Positions 10,775-20,670 of a stretch of DNA of 64,000 nucleotides are shown here, piece after piece (position 1 is the stretch's first letter; each line of letters opens with the position of its first letter). The notes beneath the pieces were generated by a model that was not told where the DNA came from, searched no databases, and was given only the letters and a program-made list of their open reading frames with translations. The stretch is from an uncultured Acidimicrobiia bacterium (GTDB lineage Bacteria; Acidobacteriota; Terriglobia; Versatilivoradales; Versatilivoraceae): contig CAWBAT010000009.1 of assembly GCA_963786955.1 (NCBI GenBank), positions 1 to 64,000 on the forward strand, written 5' to 3'. The position numbers and the translations under genes were made by a program.

Positions 10775-11248
10775 TCAAGGCGTTCCTTGCTCGGAAGAGA
10801 AACAGGAGACGAATACGCGACCAGCCAGCGCTTCATTCATCGCGGGAATCAAGTCACTATGCATGAGCTGTTTCACGACATAGCCAAGTCCCCCCGCAGC
10901 GAGGCAACTCGCCAAAATCGCGGTGTCTTCATGACCTGTGATAAAGACGATCTTGGCGCTGCTGTCACGCTTTCTGAGCTCCCTGACGACCTCTATTCCG
11001 CTCATGCCTGGCATCGAGATGTCCAAGACGACCAGATCGGGCTCGAGCTCCAGCGTTTCTTCTAGAGCAGCCGGCCCGTCGGAGACCAAACCAATGACAT
11101 CGAATGACTTTCCCACCAGAGCGGCAATTACATCCAACATGCGAGGTTGATCATCCGCCACGAGTACTCGGCTTCGCAACGCTGAGGGCTCACCTGTGCT
11201 GTTCGACAGTTCCTTCCCCGGAACGGAGTTTCGGAGGATATTTGGCAT
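10775..11248 (-). CDS. Stand-alone NarL-type receiver protein (no HTH)
   Basis: VLVADD, PDLVVLDISMPGMSG, FITGH and GYVVK. It ends just after the receiver domain. Confidence 0.85.
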   Translation of the reverse strand: MPNILRNSVPGKELSNSTGEPSALRSRVLVADDQPRMLDVIAALVGKSFDVIGLVSDGPAALEETLELEPDLVVLDISMPGMSGIEVVRELRKRDSSAKIVFITGHEDTAILASCLAAGGLGYVVKQLMHSDLIPAMNEALAGRVFVSCFSSEQGTP

Positions 11249-11441
11249 CCAGAATCTCTTTTCGCTTGGAGGTCACTTTATTTGCGCGCGGCAAGACTTT
11301 CGCACTCACTTTGCGCGCGATTGAGGAGAGTGTCTATAGGTAGTTCTGACGGTGCGGAAGAAAGTTTTCTGAAGTTAATACAAACGTAATAATAATGTTA
11401 CAAATCCGGCTTGACCCTCTTCCAGTCCATTCGAAGGCATG

Positions 11442-11613
11442 TGGTAGCCACGGTGCGCAATTTTAGCGAGCCGTGGGCTTTTCGTCTTTTCGAAGACATG
11501 CAGACGACGCATGTCTTCGCCATCCGTTGGGCCCCTCTCAAGTCCCCCCTTGCTTAAATGGGAACAAGAAAGAACCTGCTCCCGCCTTGCACAAGGGGGG
11601 ATTACAGCGGGGG
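11442..11613. repeat. REP cluster (GGTAGCCACG type, 37-bp type, CCCCCTT..AAGGGGGG type)
   Basis: Three palindrome families side by side, each with other copies in the window. Confidence 0.7.
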
Positions 11614-11655
11614 TAATGAATCACTGGCAAATGACAATTAACGCGGCTGCTTTAA

Positions 11656-12292
11656 TTAGATCGAGATAATCCGGTGCTTGATGGCGTACTGAACCAATTC
11701 GGCGTTGTTCTTCAGTTGAAGGAGTTCCATAACGGCGTATTTATGCCCCGCCACGGTTCGTATGGTGATTTTCAACGCGTCGGCTATTTCCTTCATGGAG
11801 TATCCTTCTGCCAATAGTTGAATAACTTCCCGCTGTCGAGGAGTGGGTTCCAGGACATGGTTCCGGCTCTTGGGGTCACGCACGGAGATATGGGTCAAAC
11901 CTTCGGCGGCGCTGGGCGTTACGTAGGAACCCCCTTTTAATACTTGGTCAAGTGCGTCAGTCAGCTCCGACGCTGCGGCCTCCTTCAGTAGAAATGCCGA
12001 GCCCCCGGCCCGAAAAGCCTCCCCCACAAGGTAAGGGTCTTCATGCATAGTCATGAAGATAAGCTTTACTTTGGGCATCTTAGCTTTGAGTTGTCGGGCG
12101 GCGTCGTCCGTTTAGCCGGGGCATGGCAATGTCCAGCACAACGATGTCAGGTTGCAATTTGCCCGCAGCTTCTAAAAGTGCCCGTCCATTGGTCACCGTG
12201 CCCACAACTTCGTAACGGGGCTCCAGAAGGCCCTTCAGCGCATCTGCCAACATCCGATGGTCATCCGCCAGTAGTACACGTGGGCGATTCAG
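11656..12292 (-). CDS. NarL/LuxR-family DNA-binding response regulator (frameshift at ~12110)
   Basis: N-terminus RPRVLLADDHRMLAD read from the sequence. ORF 11656..12078 carries the TPRQREVIQLLAEGYSMKEIADALKITIRTV LuxR HTH. Confidence 0.85.
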
Positions 12293-12319
12293 ATTCCAAC
12301 CCTCCCGCCGCGTGTGTTC

Positions 12320-14153
12320 TTACCCGTGCTTCGTTCGCGAGGCGGACAGGGGGATCTCAGCGATAACTTCTGTCCCTCGCGTGAGTTCCGATCGTACCGA
12401 GAGCCTGCCACCTAAAAGCCGAAGTCTCTCGCGCATACCTATCAATCCGATTCCTGCGCCCGCGCTCTTCAGGTCAGGGTCAAAACCCTCGCCCTCATCC
12501 GAGATACGCAGACTGACACCATCCGCGTTGGCACCGAGCTCAATGTGCGCGCTACTAGCCTGACTATGCTTAACGACGTTGGCTAGCGCTCCCTGCGCAA
12601 CTCGGAATAGGCACAGTGCCACATCCTTCGTGAGCTTAGGAAGGAATTCGGGTTCCGGTGAAACGAACTGGGATCTTGTGTTTCTTAGTGAATTCTTCAC
12701 AAAGACCACTGAGAGCCGGCACTAGACCTACAAGCTCCAGCCTGCTGGAATGGAGTTGATGAGAGAGAGAACGCATGTCTGCAGACATTTCCTTTGTCCC
12801 ATTCAGGATTGTCGATGCCCGGGCGCGTTCCTCAGATTCTGACTCGGGCAGGTTCTTGCGTAGCTGTTCGAGCTCAATACACTGAATTGCCAACGTTGAC
12901 CGAAGTCGTCGTGAAGCTCCCTGGCAATGCGAGCGCGTTCTTCTTCTTGGGCACGAATCAGATGCCCGCCAAGATCTTTGAGAGTTTACAAATTGCGGAC
13001 CTTCTATGGGCGCGTTGCCGAAGCAATCCAACAATCAGCAGAGTCTGAAGGATGATCAGCGCGAATCCGGCAAGGATGTACTTCTCGTATCGGTCCCAGA
13101 CAGTCGGCTGGCGATTCAAAACGATGGTGCCGGGCGGAAGAGCCGACTCGGGTAGGTTCCACCGGCGAAGTTGACGCCAATCGACAATAGGGCGGGGCGC
13201 GGAACCGTACGCAACCGGTATGTTCTCGGGTTTCTCCCAGAAAGGAGTCGGGCGGCCATTTCGGCGGTTTTCGAAATTTGCTCAGCGCCATCTGCACACG
13301 ACCCGCCAATACCACCATGATCAATGCAATAGTTCCCAAAGATGCAGTATGTCGGGAAACGCTGGCTGATCGCCGCCATGCTGTCATAGAGCCCAACTTC
13401 GGGCTGCTCCGAATCTCTGGGCGCAACTTGAAAGAAAACCACGGTGTGAGCAGGAAGCACGGCGACCTGCTTGAGAATCTCGTCATTCCGAAGTCCCACG
13501 ATCTCGATGAGCTTCACCTTGCCCGCATACGGACGGAACTCATTACGAATCGCGGCCTGCCAATACCTCTCAAATTCCGAGGTCCCTGTGACAACTGCGA
13601 GAATTTGCGTGCCCGGATGAAGTCTAAAGGAGAGGTCTAAAGTATCACGAACACCTACGGAAATCGTCACTCCGGTTACACCGGGCCATAACTGCTTGCC
13701 CTCTAACCTACCGTCGTGGACATAGCAGAAAAGCACTGGGACTCCCGGGAAAATGTGGTCGCGATATGTCACAGCGAATTGAAGTGCCGGATAGGCTGCG
13801 ACGATCACCAAGTCCAATTTCACGCCACTGTACTCACGGCTCAAGGTTTCGCTCAGGCTCTTTTCGTAACTTGGATCTTCAAACCTTTGTGTCTCCATGT
13901 AATGCACGTAAAAGTTCGCCGGTAATTTGACACGAGATCGAATCGCCGACTTGAGGCGATCTAATGGATCGAAAACGCCGCGGTCGGAGAAGCTGTACAG
14001 GACCAGGACGTTTTTTGGTTGTCCCGACTCGGCAGCCAGTGCAAGATGAGGAGATGCGACAAAAATAAGGAAACAGAGTGCCAGCAGCGAACAGATAGAA
14101 AGCCACTTCGTCCTGGTATGGTATGAACGTGAGCCGTTCCCTTGAAGCTTCAT
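12320..14153 (-). CDS. Sensor histidine kinase: periplasmic substrate-binding-like domain + TM + HisKA_3/HATPase_c (several frameshifts)
   Basis: ORF pieces 13116..14153 (signal, KNVLVLYS sensor domain), 12636..13034 (LSHQLHSSRLELVGL) and 12320..12709 (LFRVAQGALANVVKHS, DEGEGF, GIGLIGMRER). Confidence 0.85.
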
Positions 14154-14307
14154 TCCTTTGATACGACGGCCTGATGACCAGCGGCATGTCGAGGGGAAGG
14201 TTCAGCGGCTCGTTGTGGGGATTGCAGCATAGTGGATGTGGGTATTGAGCTCAGGGCGCAGAGTGGGTCATGTTCCTCCTCCACTTTGTCCGAAAGGTTT
14301 GCCTGCA

Positions 14308-14335
14308 AGTTTAACGATGGGAATGGTTTTGTCAA
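14308..14335 (-). promoter_or_regulatory. Candidate sigma70 promoter for the kinase-regulator pair
   Basis: TTGACA-16 nt-TAAACT on the minus strand. Confidence 0.45.
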
Positions 14336-14614
14336 TCTTGTCCTTCGCCAGCATCATATCACACTGCTTGTGTAAAAACTCTGAGGGTGCGATTCCCCCT
14401 ATGCATATTCCTTCCTGGGGTAGCCACTGCGAGCGATTTTGGCGAACCGTAGTCAGTGGAATTGTAGATTTCGGATTTGAAGTACCCCTCATGACATGAG
14501 AGCCAACTAATCTCGTTGTCCATACCAAAAAACCAGATGGTCCTGACGAGCATACGCTCGACGATCCGTTTTTCAATCCACAATCCGTCTACCGAAATCC
14601 GTAATGAAAACATC

Positions 14615-14852
14615 CACGCCTTGCAAAAGACGCTCAGCGTGGCTATCAGGCAACCCTCTTCGAAGATATGCAAACAACGCATGGCTTCGCCACCCGGCGA
14701 AAATTCAACCCACCCCTGAGAGCTAATGACGAGTGAAGGCTTCTCAATCCTTCACTCCCCTTCCGAGGGGATTGGCTTGTATTCCCCTCCGTCGGAAGGG
14801 TTAGGGGTGGGTCCGATCGTGACGAAAAGCGGGCAGGATGCCCGCGCTCCCA
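14615..14852. repeat. REP cluster
   Basis: 37-bp family copy at 14660-14696, a CCCCTTCCG..CGGAAGGG palindrome, and GCGGGCAGGATGCCCGCGCTCCC. Confidence 0.65.
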
Positions 14853-14860
14853 AGTAATGT

Positions 14861-17255
14861 TCACCTCTTTTCCGTATTGCTTCCGGAACGCCTCAGAGGC
14901 CTCCTGCTGGTCTGCGATTCGGTATTTGTATTGAGCCGGAATCCCTTCCATGGCCAAGGCCTTACTATAGATCCTCTCTGCTTCGGACTTGTCCCCCTGT
15001 TTCTCATAGATTCTCCCTAAGAGCAGGTAGGAATCGGCGTACATCGGGTATTTGGCGATCACGCTATTGAGCACTTTAATTGCAGCCGCCGTGTCTCCTT
15101 TTTGGTTCAAATAGAAGGCCGAGGGTGAAGGCATACTTCGGTTCCTGCGGCTTGAGCACCGTTGCCTTGCGGCACCAGGTCAGCGCCTCGTCGAGACGAT
15201 CCTTTGAAGTGATGATACAGAGGTTGTAAGCGGCTTGGGCCATTTGGGGATCTGACTTAAAGGCCTTTTTCAAATAGACCTCGGCTTGCACAGGCTCGTT
15301 TTTCTCGGCCTGGAGGAGGCCCATATTGAGGTTAGCCACCGCATTGTTAGGAGCTACCTTTAGAGCCTGCTGCAGGAGCTTTTCAACCTTGTCGTTTTGT
15401 CCCATCTGCGCATAGGCAATCGATAAATTCACCGTCGCCATAACCGCTTGCGGCTCGAGCTTGAGAGCTGACTCGTAGGAGCCGACGGCCGCCTTAAGCT
15501 CCCTGCGGCTTACTTGATAATTGCCCAGGTTGTAATGGGAACTCCACTGATCGGGCCGGGCCATAATGAAAGCCAGGTATTCTTTGTCCGCCTTATCGAC
15601 CCGCATCTTCACCTTACCCGTCAACTGCTCTTGTGGATATGCCGCAAGGCCTGCCGCAGCGCGGGTGCGAACGAGACGGGATGTATCTCCTGTTGCATCA
15701 AGCAGGGCTTGGATGGCCGGCGGCGAAAGCCTAGTCGAGAGAGCTTCCACGGCCCCCGAACGAACCAGGGGCGAAGGGTCCTTCATGACCTTCAGCAGGA
15801 CAGGAGTGACCCGCTCGTCTGGAGTCATGATCATGAGCCGCATGAGGGAGGTCGTGAAGATTTCGTCCCGGTCCTTGCCCTGTATATACGCAAGCATCTC
15901 AGGCAGTTTGCTCCAGTCACCTCTACGGGCCGCGTCGATAAGCGCTGCGCGTTTCAGTACCGGCGCCTGATAATCCCGGGTACGCCACGCGCGTACGTAT
16001 TTGTCGGCCCAGGCTGCATCCTTTTCTTTGTGACAGATGTTGCAGGCGTTAGGCGACTTATAGGCGATCGTGGCCGCAGGCGTAGGGGGGAGCATCGAAT
16101 GGTCGGTCCGGTTCATTCGCGCAAAGGCAGTCATGGGCATGTGGCAGGATCTGCATAGGTTGCCAGGGTTCCCATCCGGGTGGTGGGTATGGGCTGTGGC
16201 GTTCTTCACCCGTTCTGCGTGACAGGGAAGGCAGGCGTCGTTTGCATTCGCCTCATCCTTAAACCGGTAGCGTCCACTGGAGGTGTGGCAATGCAGGCAG
16301 TCCAACTGGCCGGACTTGACGCAAGGGCTCATTCGCCAAGAAGTGAAGGTATAGTTTTCTCCCAGATCACGTCCGTCAGAATAGTAGTCTGAGTCTTCCA
16401 GGGTCACGAGATTGAAATGGTCAAAAAACGGCTCCTCCGGTTTGTACTCCAGATTCAAAGGACTTGCCTTGGCATGGCAGCTCGCACAAAGGTCGTTTCG
16501 CTGCTCCTTGGTCATGGTCTTAGTTCGGATGAGCCGCAATTCAGGGAGAGGTTGCCCCTTCGGGGTCGCTCTGGCGAGCTTATTGTGTTCCTCTGACGGG
16601 CCGTGGCAAGTCTCACAGTTGATCCCCGCTTCAGTCCACGTACTGTGATAGCTGTCGGTTTTAGAGTTGTAGTTGGTAGAAAGCTGACTGACGTGGCAAC
16701 TGTAGCAGGCTGTGTTGAAAGTATAAGGCGATTCTTTCCAGTTGACTGCTTGGCCCGTCTCCCCTCCCGGGAAGTGGCGCATGCCGCTGGCAGCCGTATC
16801 AAACCACTCTTTCTTGTTCACGTCGTAGGCGACGGGCAGGGTCTGGAGTCTGCCCTTCTTGAGCGGGGTCAAGAAATAACAAACGTTCTTCCCGCCTAGC
16901 ACGTGTTCGATCGGATACTTTTTTTCTCCCAGCGGGCCGGTTTCGACGACCACCCCTTCGTGAATATCCGCGCGGTACTTGAGCTTCCCAATAACGACAT
17001 CATTCTGCTGAGGTGAAAGCCGGGATTGAGCAAATTCAGGGGTATAAGGCTGCATGGCCAGACCATGCATTGAGGTGGACCACAGAGCATAGAATTTCTC
17101 GTGGCACTCCCGGCAACTCGAAGAACCGGCGTAGCCCTGGGCCTGCTTCGAAATTCGCGCGTTTGTGGCTTGATTCTTTTCGGCAAATGATTGGCTAGTG
17201 TCCAGAAAAGGATCAGTATGAAAACCAATGCTGATACGAATTTATTCGTTGCCAT
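14861..17255 (-). CDS. Exported 8-heme cytochrome c fused to HEAT and TPR repeats (frameshifts near both ends; 3' end approximate)
   Basis: CXXCH x8: CRECH (in frame upstream of the 17070 ATG), CYSCH, CETCH, CASCH, CLHCH, CLPCH, CRSCH, CNICH. DPSPLVRSGAVEAL HEAT repeats and C-terminal TPRs follow. Hydrophobic N-terminus from ATG 17255. Confidence 0.85.
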
Positions 17256-17685
17256 ACTCCTCGCGCTTACCGAAAGGCACTAACGCTGCCTCAGGATTGT
17301 TCTAGGAAGAAATTTGGAGATGTCCCTACACGTGGGGTATTGCTAGCGGAAAATAGATGTCTCAGCCTAAAAGGTTTCGCCTTGTTAAATTCAGTTTTGA
17401 ATTCTCCAAACAAGGTTCAGGTTAACCGTCGCTTAGACATTGTACTGAAAGCAGATTGATGACCATTACAAAATTGCCGCATCTATCTAATGGATATAGT
17501 GCCACTTATGGAGACTCAAGACCGCTCGTATAGCAACTAGCGGTGAGTAATTTAACCCACGGCTGTTGATATTACACAAATCCAATCCCTGCATATCAAA
17601 CCCGGCAGCCATCTCACAATTGGTCAGTTGGAGGGCGGGGCTCCGCGACGACATCTGACCTTGAAATGTCAGCATCGGTTTCGCC

Positions 17686-17755
17686 GTAGGGGCGAAGCAT
17701 TCGATGACGGATGGTGAATCGGTTTCTTCATTGAAAGCGAATGCTTCGCCCCTAC
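17686..17755. repeat. REPIN-like pair, perfect 18-bp inverted repeat with GTAG ends
   Basis: GTAGGGGCGAAGCATTCG (17686-17703) / CGAATGCTTCGCCCCTAC (17738-17755). Confidence 0.85.
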
Positions 17756-17978
17756 AAATTCATCGCGACGAAATTCATATGTGCCACACCTGTTTCCTCT
17801 TGCACAATTGCGGCCTCGTGGAACTCGGCCCTCCCGCAGCGAACTACGGTTTTCGGGGAACAACCTTCTTTCTTCTTCTACCATTGGGTGACTGGTAGTA
17901 GAATCTCAAATCACGGCTGTTGCCCACTGGGGCCTGACCGCAAAATTTACTCTTATATCGCTTTTGGAGGCTAATCAT

Positions 17979-18494
17979 ATGATCCGTAGTTACAGTCGCA
18001 TTGCTTTGCGCCTACCCCTGCTTCTCTTATTTGCTTTGTCGGTAAAATCAGCTGCCGCACAAGGGGTCACCATCTTGGAGGGAGAAGATTTGAAGAAAGT
18101 GCTGCCTACCAGCTTCTATTTCGAAGGCCTCAGCGGCGCCACCCAGTCCAGAAATACTGCCGCAGCCCGGCTTGCGGACAAGCGGCACGTCATTATTGGC
18201 ATGATCGATACCGCAGGATATTCTACAGATGTCAGAGCGAAATATGAGGGATTCCTCATTACGGACTCGAAGATTACCGTAGGGGGAAAAGATTTGGCCA
18301 CGGGGGCCTATGGGTTCGGAGTCACTAAGGAAGGGCAGTTGAACATTTTTGACATTGGAGGAAAACTCGTTCTCACGGTGGATGCCCCAAAAGATTCTGA
18401 ACTGAAGGGCCCGCGCCCTCTGACACTGGCCAAATCGGCTGATGGTTTACGGATGTATCGCGGAAAAAATTATGTCGTGATTGCGGCCAAGTAA
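17979..18494 (+). CDS. Hypothetical secreted protein
   Basis: GGAGG SD, ATG 17979, signal peptide ending SAAA-Q, beta-rich mature part. Confidence 0.8.
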   Translation: MIRSYSRIALRLPLLLLFALSVKSAAAQGVTILEGEDLKKVLPTSFYFEGLSGATQSRNTAAARLADKRHVIIGMIDTAGYSTDVRAKYEGFLITDSKITVGGKDLATGAYGFGVTKEGQLNIFDIGGKLVLTVDAPKDSELKGPRPLTLAKSADGLRMYRGKNYVVIAAK

Positions 18495-18507
18495 GACGCC
18501 GCGTGCG

Positions 18508-18690
18508 GTTGGGGCTTTAAGAAAGCCCCAAGCCTACAAAGTTGTAGGCCGGGTCACCGACCCGGCTCAGGAGTTTGGACGTATTTGGTAGCCATGATTA
18601 AACGCGCAGTTTGCGTTTAATCATCGGCATTTCGAGAACCTCACCCACAAACCCACGATTGCCGCAAAATACGCTGCAATCGTGGCTACC
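18508..18690. repeat. Hairpin/REP cluster between convergent genes (GGTAGCC...GGCTACC pair)
   Basis: TTGGGGCTTT..AAAGCCCCAA hairpin, GCCGGGTC..GACCCGGC, and inverted GTAG REPs at 18587-18690. Confidence 0.7.
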
Positions 18691-19420
18691 CATCGATGAT
18701 TTTGTCGAGAAGCTTGTCTCGATGGACGGAAGCGGAAAAAATATCCACGAGTTCTGACTGACCGAAGAAGTCTCCCATTTCCGGTATGGAACCGAGAAAA
18801 TCGATCCCCCCTACCCGGGAGATTAATTCGGCATTGGTGCTTTCGGCAAGATTGGGACTGCGAGGAAAACGGTTCAGCATAAACCCAAGCACATCCACAT
18901 TGCGCATCTTCAAACAATGATAAGTCATGAGCGTGTGGTTAATCGTCCCCAATGCCGAACGGGCAACTATCAGCGTCGGCAGCTCTAAAAGAGCAATGAG
19001 GTCGAGCATCACGAGTTGTTCAAAAAGAGGAGACATGACTCCACCGGCGCCTTCGACGACCACAAGCTCGTGTTTGTTGCTGAGCTTGATGTATTGCTCT
19101 CGAATCACGTCCAGATCGATGGCAATCCCCTCAATTTTTGCGGCCAATGCAGGCGTGACAGCCGTCGAGAGGCAGTAGGGATTGACCCATTCCCACGGAT
19201 CAGTGGCCCCAGAGAATTTCACAAGCATTTCTGCATCCTGCGAGATCAATTTACCAGTGTCGCACTCCATGGCCCCGCTGGCAACTGGCTTCATGACCCC
19301 AATATCGATTCCCTGCCGCTTCAAGTAACCAATCAGACCGGCTGCAATGGTTGTCTTACCAACACTGGTGTCGGTGGCCGTCACGAAAATCCCCTTCGCC
19401 CTCAATCGCCTCACGCTCAT
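18686..19420 (-). CDS. bioD: Dethiobiotin synthase
   Basis: FVTATDTSVGKT, MKPVASG, VVEGAGG, LGTINHT. Confidence 0.95.
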   Translation of the reverse strand: MSVRRLRAKGIFVTATDTSVGKTTIAAGLIGYLKRQGIDIGVMKPVASGAMECDTGKLISQDAEMLVKFSGATDPWEWVNPYCLSTAVTPALAAKIEGIAIDLDVIREQYIKLSNKHELVVVEGAGGVMSPLFEQLVMLDLIALLELPTLIVARSALGTINHTLMTYHCLKMRNVDVLGFMLNRFPRSPNLAESTNAELISRVGGIDFLGSIPEMGDFFGQSELVDIFSASVHRDKLLDKIIDG

Positions 19421-20670
19421 ACTCCAACCGATCCTGTCCTTTTACAGATTCCCTCTTCTCGAGCAGCAAACTCCAAGTCAAATCCCAATTTCTTGATTTC
19501 CTCTTCGCGATGCCCGGAACTCACTGTAATTCTCAGCCGTGAGCTTCCCTCCGGAACCGAGGGTGGCCGGATACCCTGGACATAAGAACCCCGCTTCATC
19601 AAATTCTCACACACTTTCATCGTAGTCAATTCTTCTCGCAAAATTACCGGGAAGATTGGAGTGGAAGAGTTCAAGAAATCAAACCCTCTGGTCTCCAACT
19701 CCCGCTTCATGAGTTCCTGATGATGGATCAACTGGCGATGTCGTGCCGGTTCTTGAGAGATGATGCGGAGAGCTTCCAGCGCAGCTCCGGCTGCCCCCGG
19801 AGCCAAGGCGGTATCAAAAATAAATGTGCGGCATTTATTCACCAGAAAATCTCGAATAGGATGGCTACACGCCACATACCCCCCCTGAGACCCGAGGGCT
19901 TTGCTGAGCGTCCCCATATCAATGTCGATACAATCTTTTCCAGGTGAAAGTAAACCCAAATCCACATAGTGTTGTCGAATTCCCCGCCCTCCGGTTCCGA
20001 GAACACCCGTGGAGTGAGCCTCGTCCACCATCAACAGGCACCCATAGCGCTCGGCCAGTTGAACAAGTCCCGGCAAATGGGCCACATCTCCATCCATACT
20101 GAACACGGCATCTGTGACAAGGAGACGCCGCCGTGCTGAATGAGCCGTTTGCAACAAGGTTTCCAAATGGTTCAGATCGCGGTGCCGAAACACGAAAATC
20201 TGCGCCTTGCTCAGTCTGCATCCATCTATTAGAGACGCATGATTTAGTTCATCACTGAAGATCTGGTCCTCTGCTTCAGCCAGAGCTGGAATGATTCCTA
20301 GATTTGCCAGATACCCCGAAGAGAACACCAAAGAAGCGCTCTTGCGCTTGAAATCTGCCAGAGATTGCTCCAGTTCTTCCAACAGTCCATAGTTTCCGCA
20401 GATCAAGCGGGAACTGGCGGCTGAAGCCATATAACGGTCAACTGCCGCTTTTGCCGCGTCTCGCACACGAGAGTCTTCGGAGAGTCCCAAGTAATCGTTA
20501 CTCGAGAAATTGATCAAGTCTTGCCCGAGATAGACCAGACGGTGAGATCCGGAATATTCGACACGGCGCAAAAAGCGGCGCTGATGCACTTCGTCCAGCC
20601 GCGCCAGTTCCTCAATCGCGAATCGATCCTTTTCCAGAACGACTTCACCTCTTCTCGTAAGGTCCAACAA
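19417..20670 (-). CDS. bioF: 8-amino-7-oxononanoate synthase
   Basis: NFSSNDYLGL, DELNHASLIDG, VFSMDGD, DEAH, GTLSKALG (PLP Lys), IRPPSVP. ATGA overlap with bioD. Confidence 0.95.
   Translation of the reverse strand: MLDLTRRGEVVLEKDRFAIEELARLDEVHQRRFLRRVEYSGSHRLVYLGQDLINFSSNDYLGLSEDSRVRDAAKAAVDRYMASAASSRLICGNYGLLEELEQSLADFKRKSASLVFSSGYLANLGIIPALAEAEDQIFSDELNHASLIDGCRLSKAQIFVFRHRDLNHLETLLQTAHSARRRLLVTDAVFSMDGDVAHLPGLVQLAERYGCLLMVDEAHSTGVLGTGGRGIRQHYVDLGLLSPGKDCIDIDMGTLSKALGSQGGYVACSHPIRDFLVNKCRTFIFDTALAPGAAGAALEALRIISQEPARHRQLIHHQELMKRELETRGFDFLNSSTPIFPVILREELTTMKVCENLMKRGSYVQGIRPPSVPEGSSRLRITVSSGHREEEIKKLGFDLEFAAREEGICKRTGSVGV

Noticed and set aside
14270-14310. GGCAAACC...GGACAAAG resembling a c-di-GMP-I riboswitch
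   Set aside because: The GAAA-tetraloop P2 stem, GACGCAAAG and the P3 arm are missing, and the match is too short.
14268-14719. Short ORFs as a possible RAYT or DUF559 gene among the REPs
   Set aside because: No HUH/Tyr or DUF559 motifs, and the ORFs run across palindromic repeats.
15076-17070. NrfA nitrite reductase call for the multiheme protein
   Set aside because: No CXXCK motif, eight rather than five hemes, and a HEAT/TPR fusion.
1134-17255. Programmed frameshifting in island genes
   Set aside because: The breaks I checked are single extra bases at unrelated, non-slippery sites in many genes, which fits sequencing error better.
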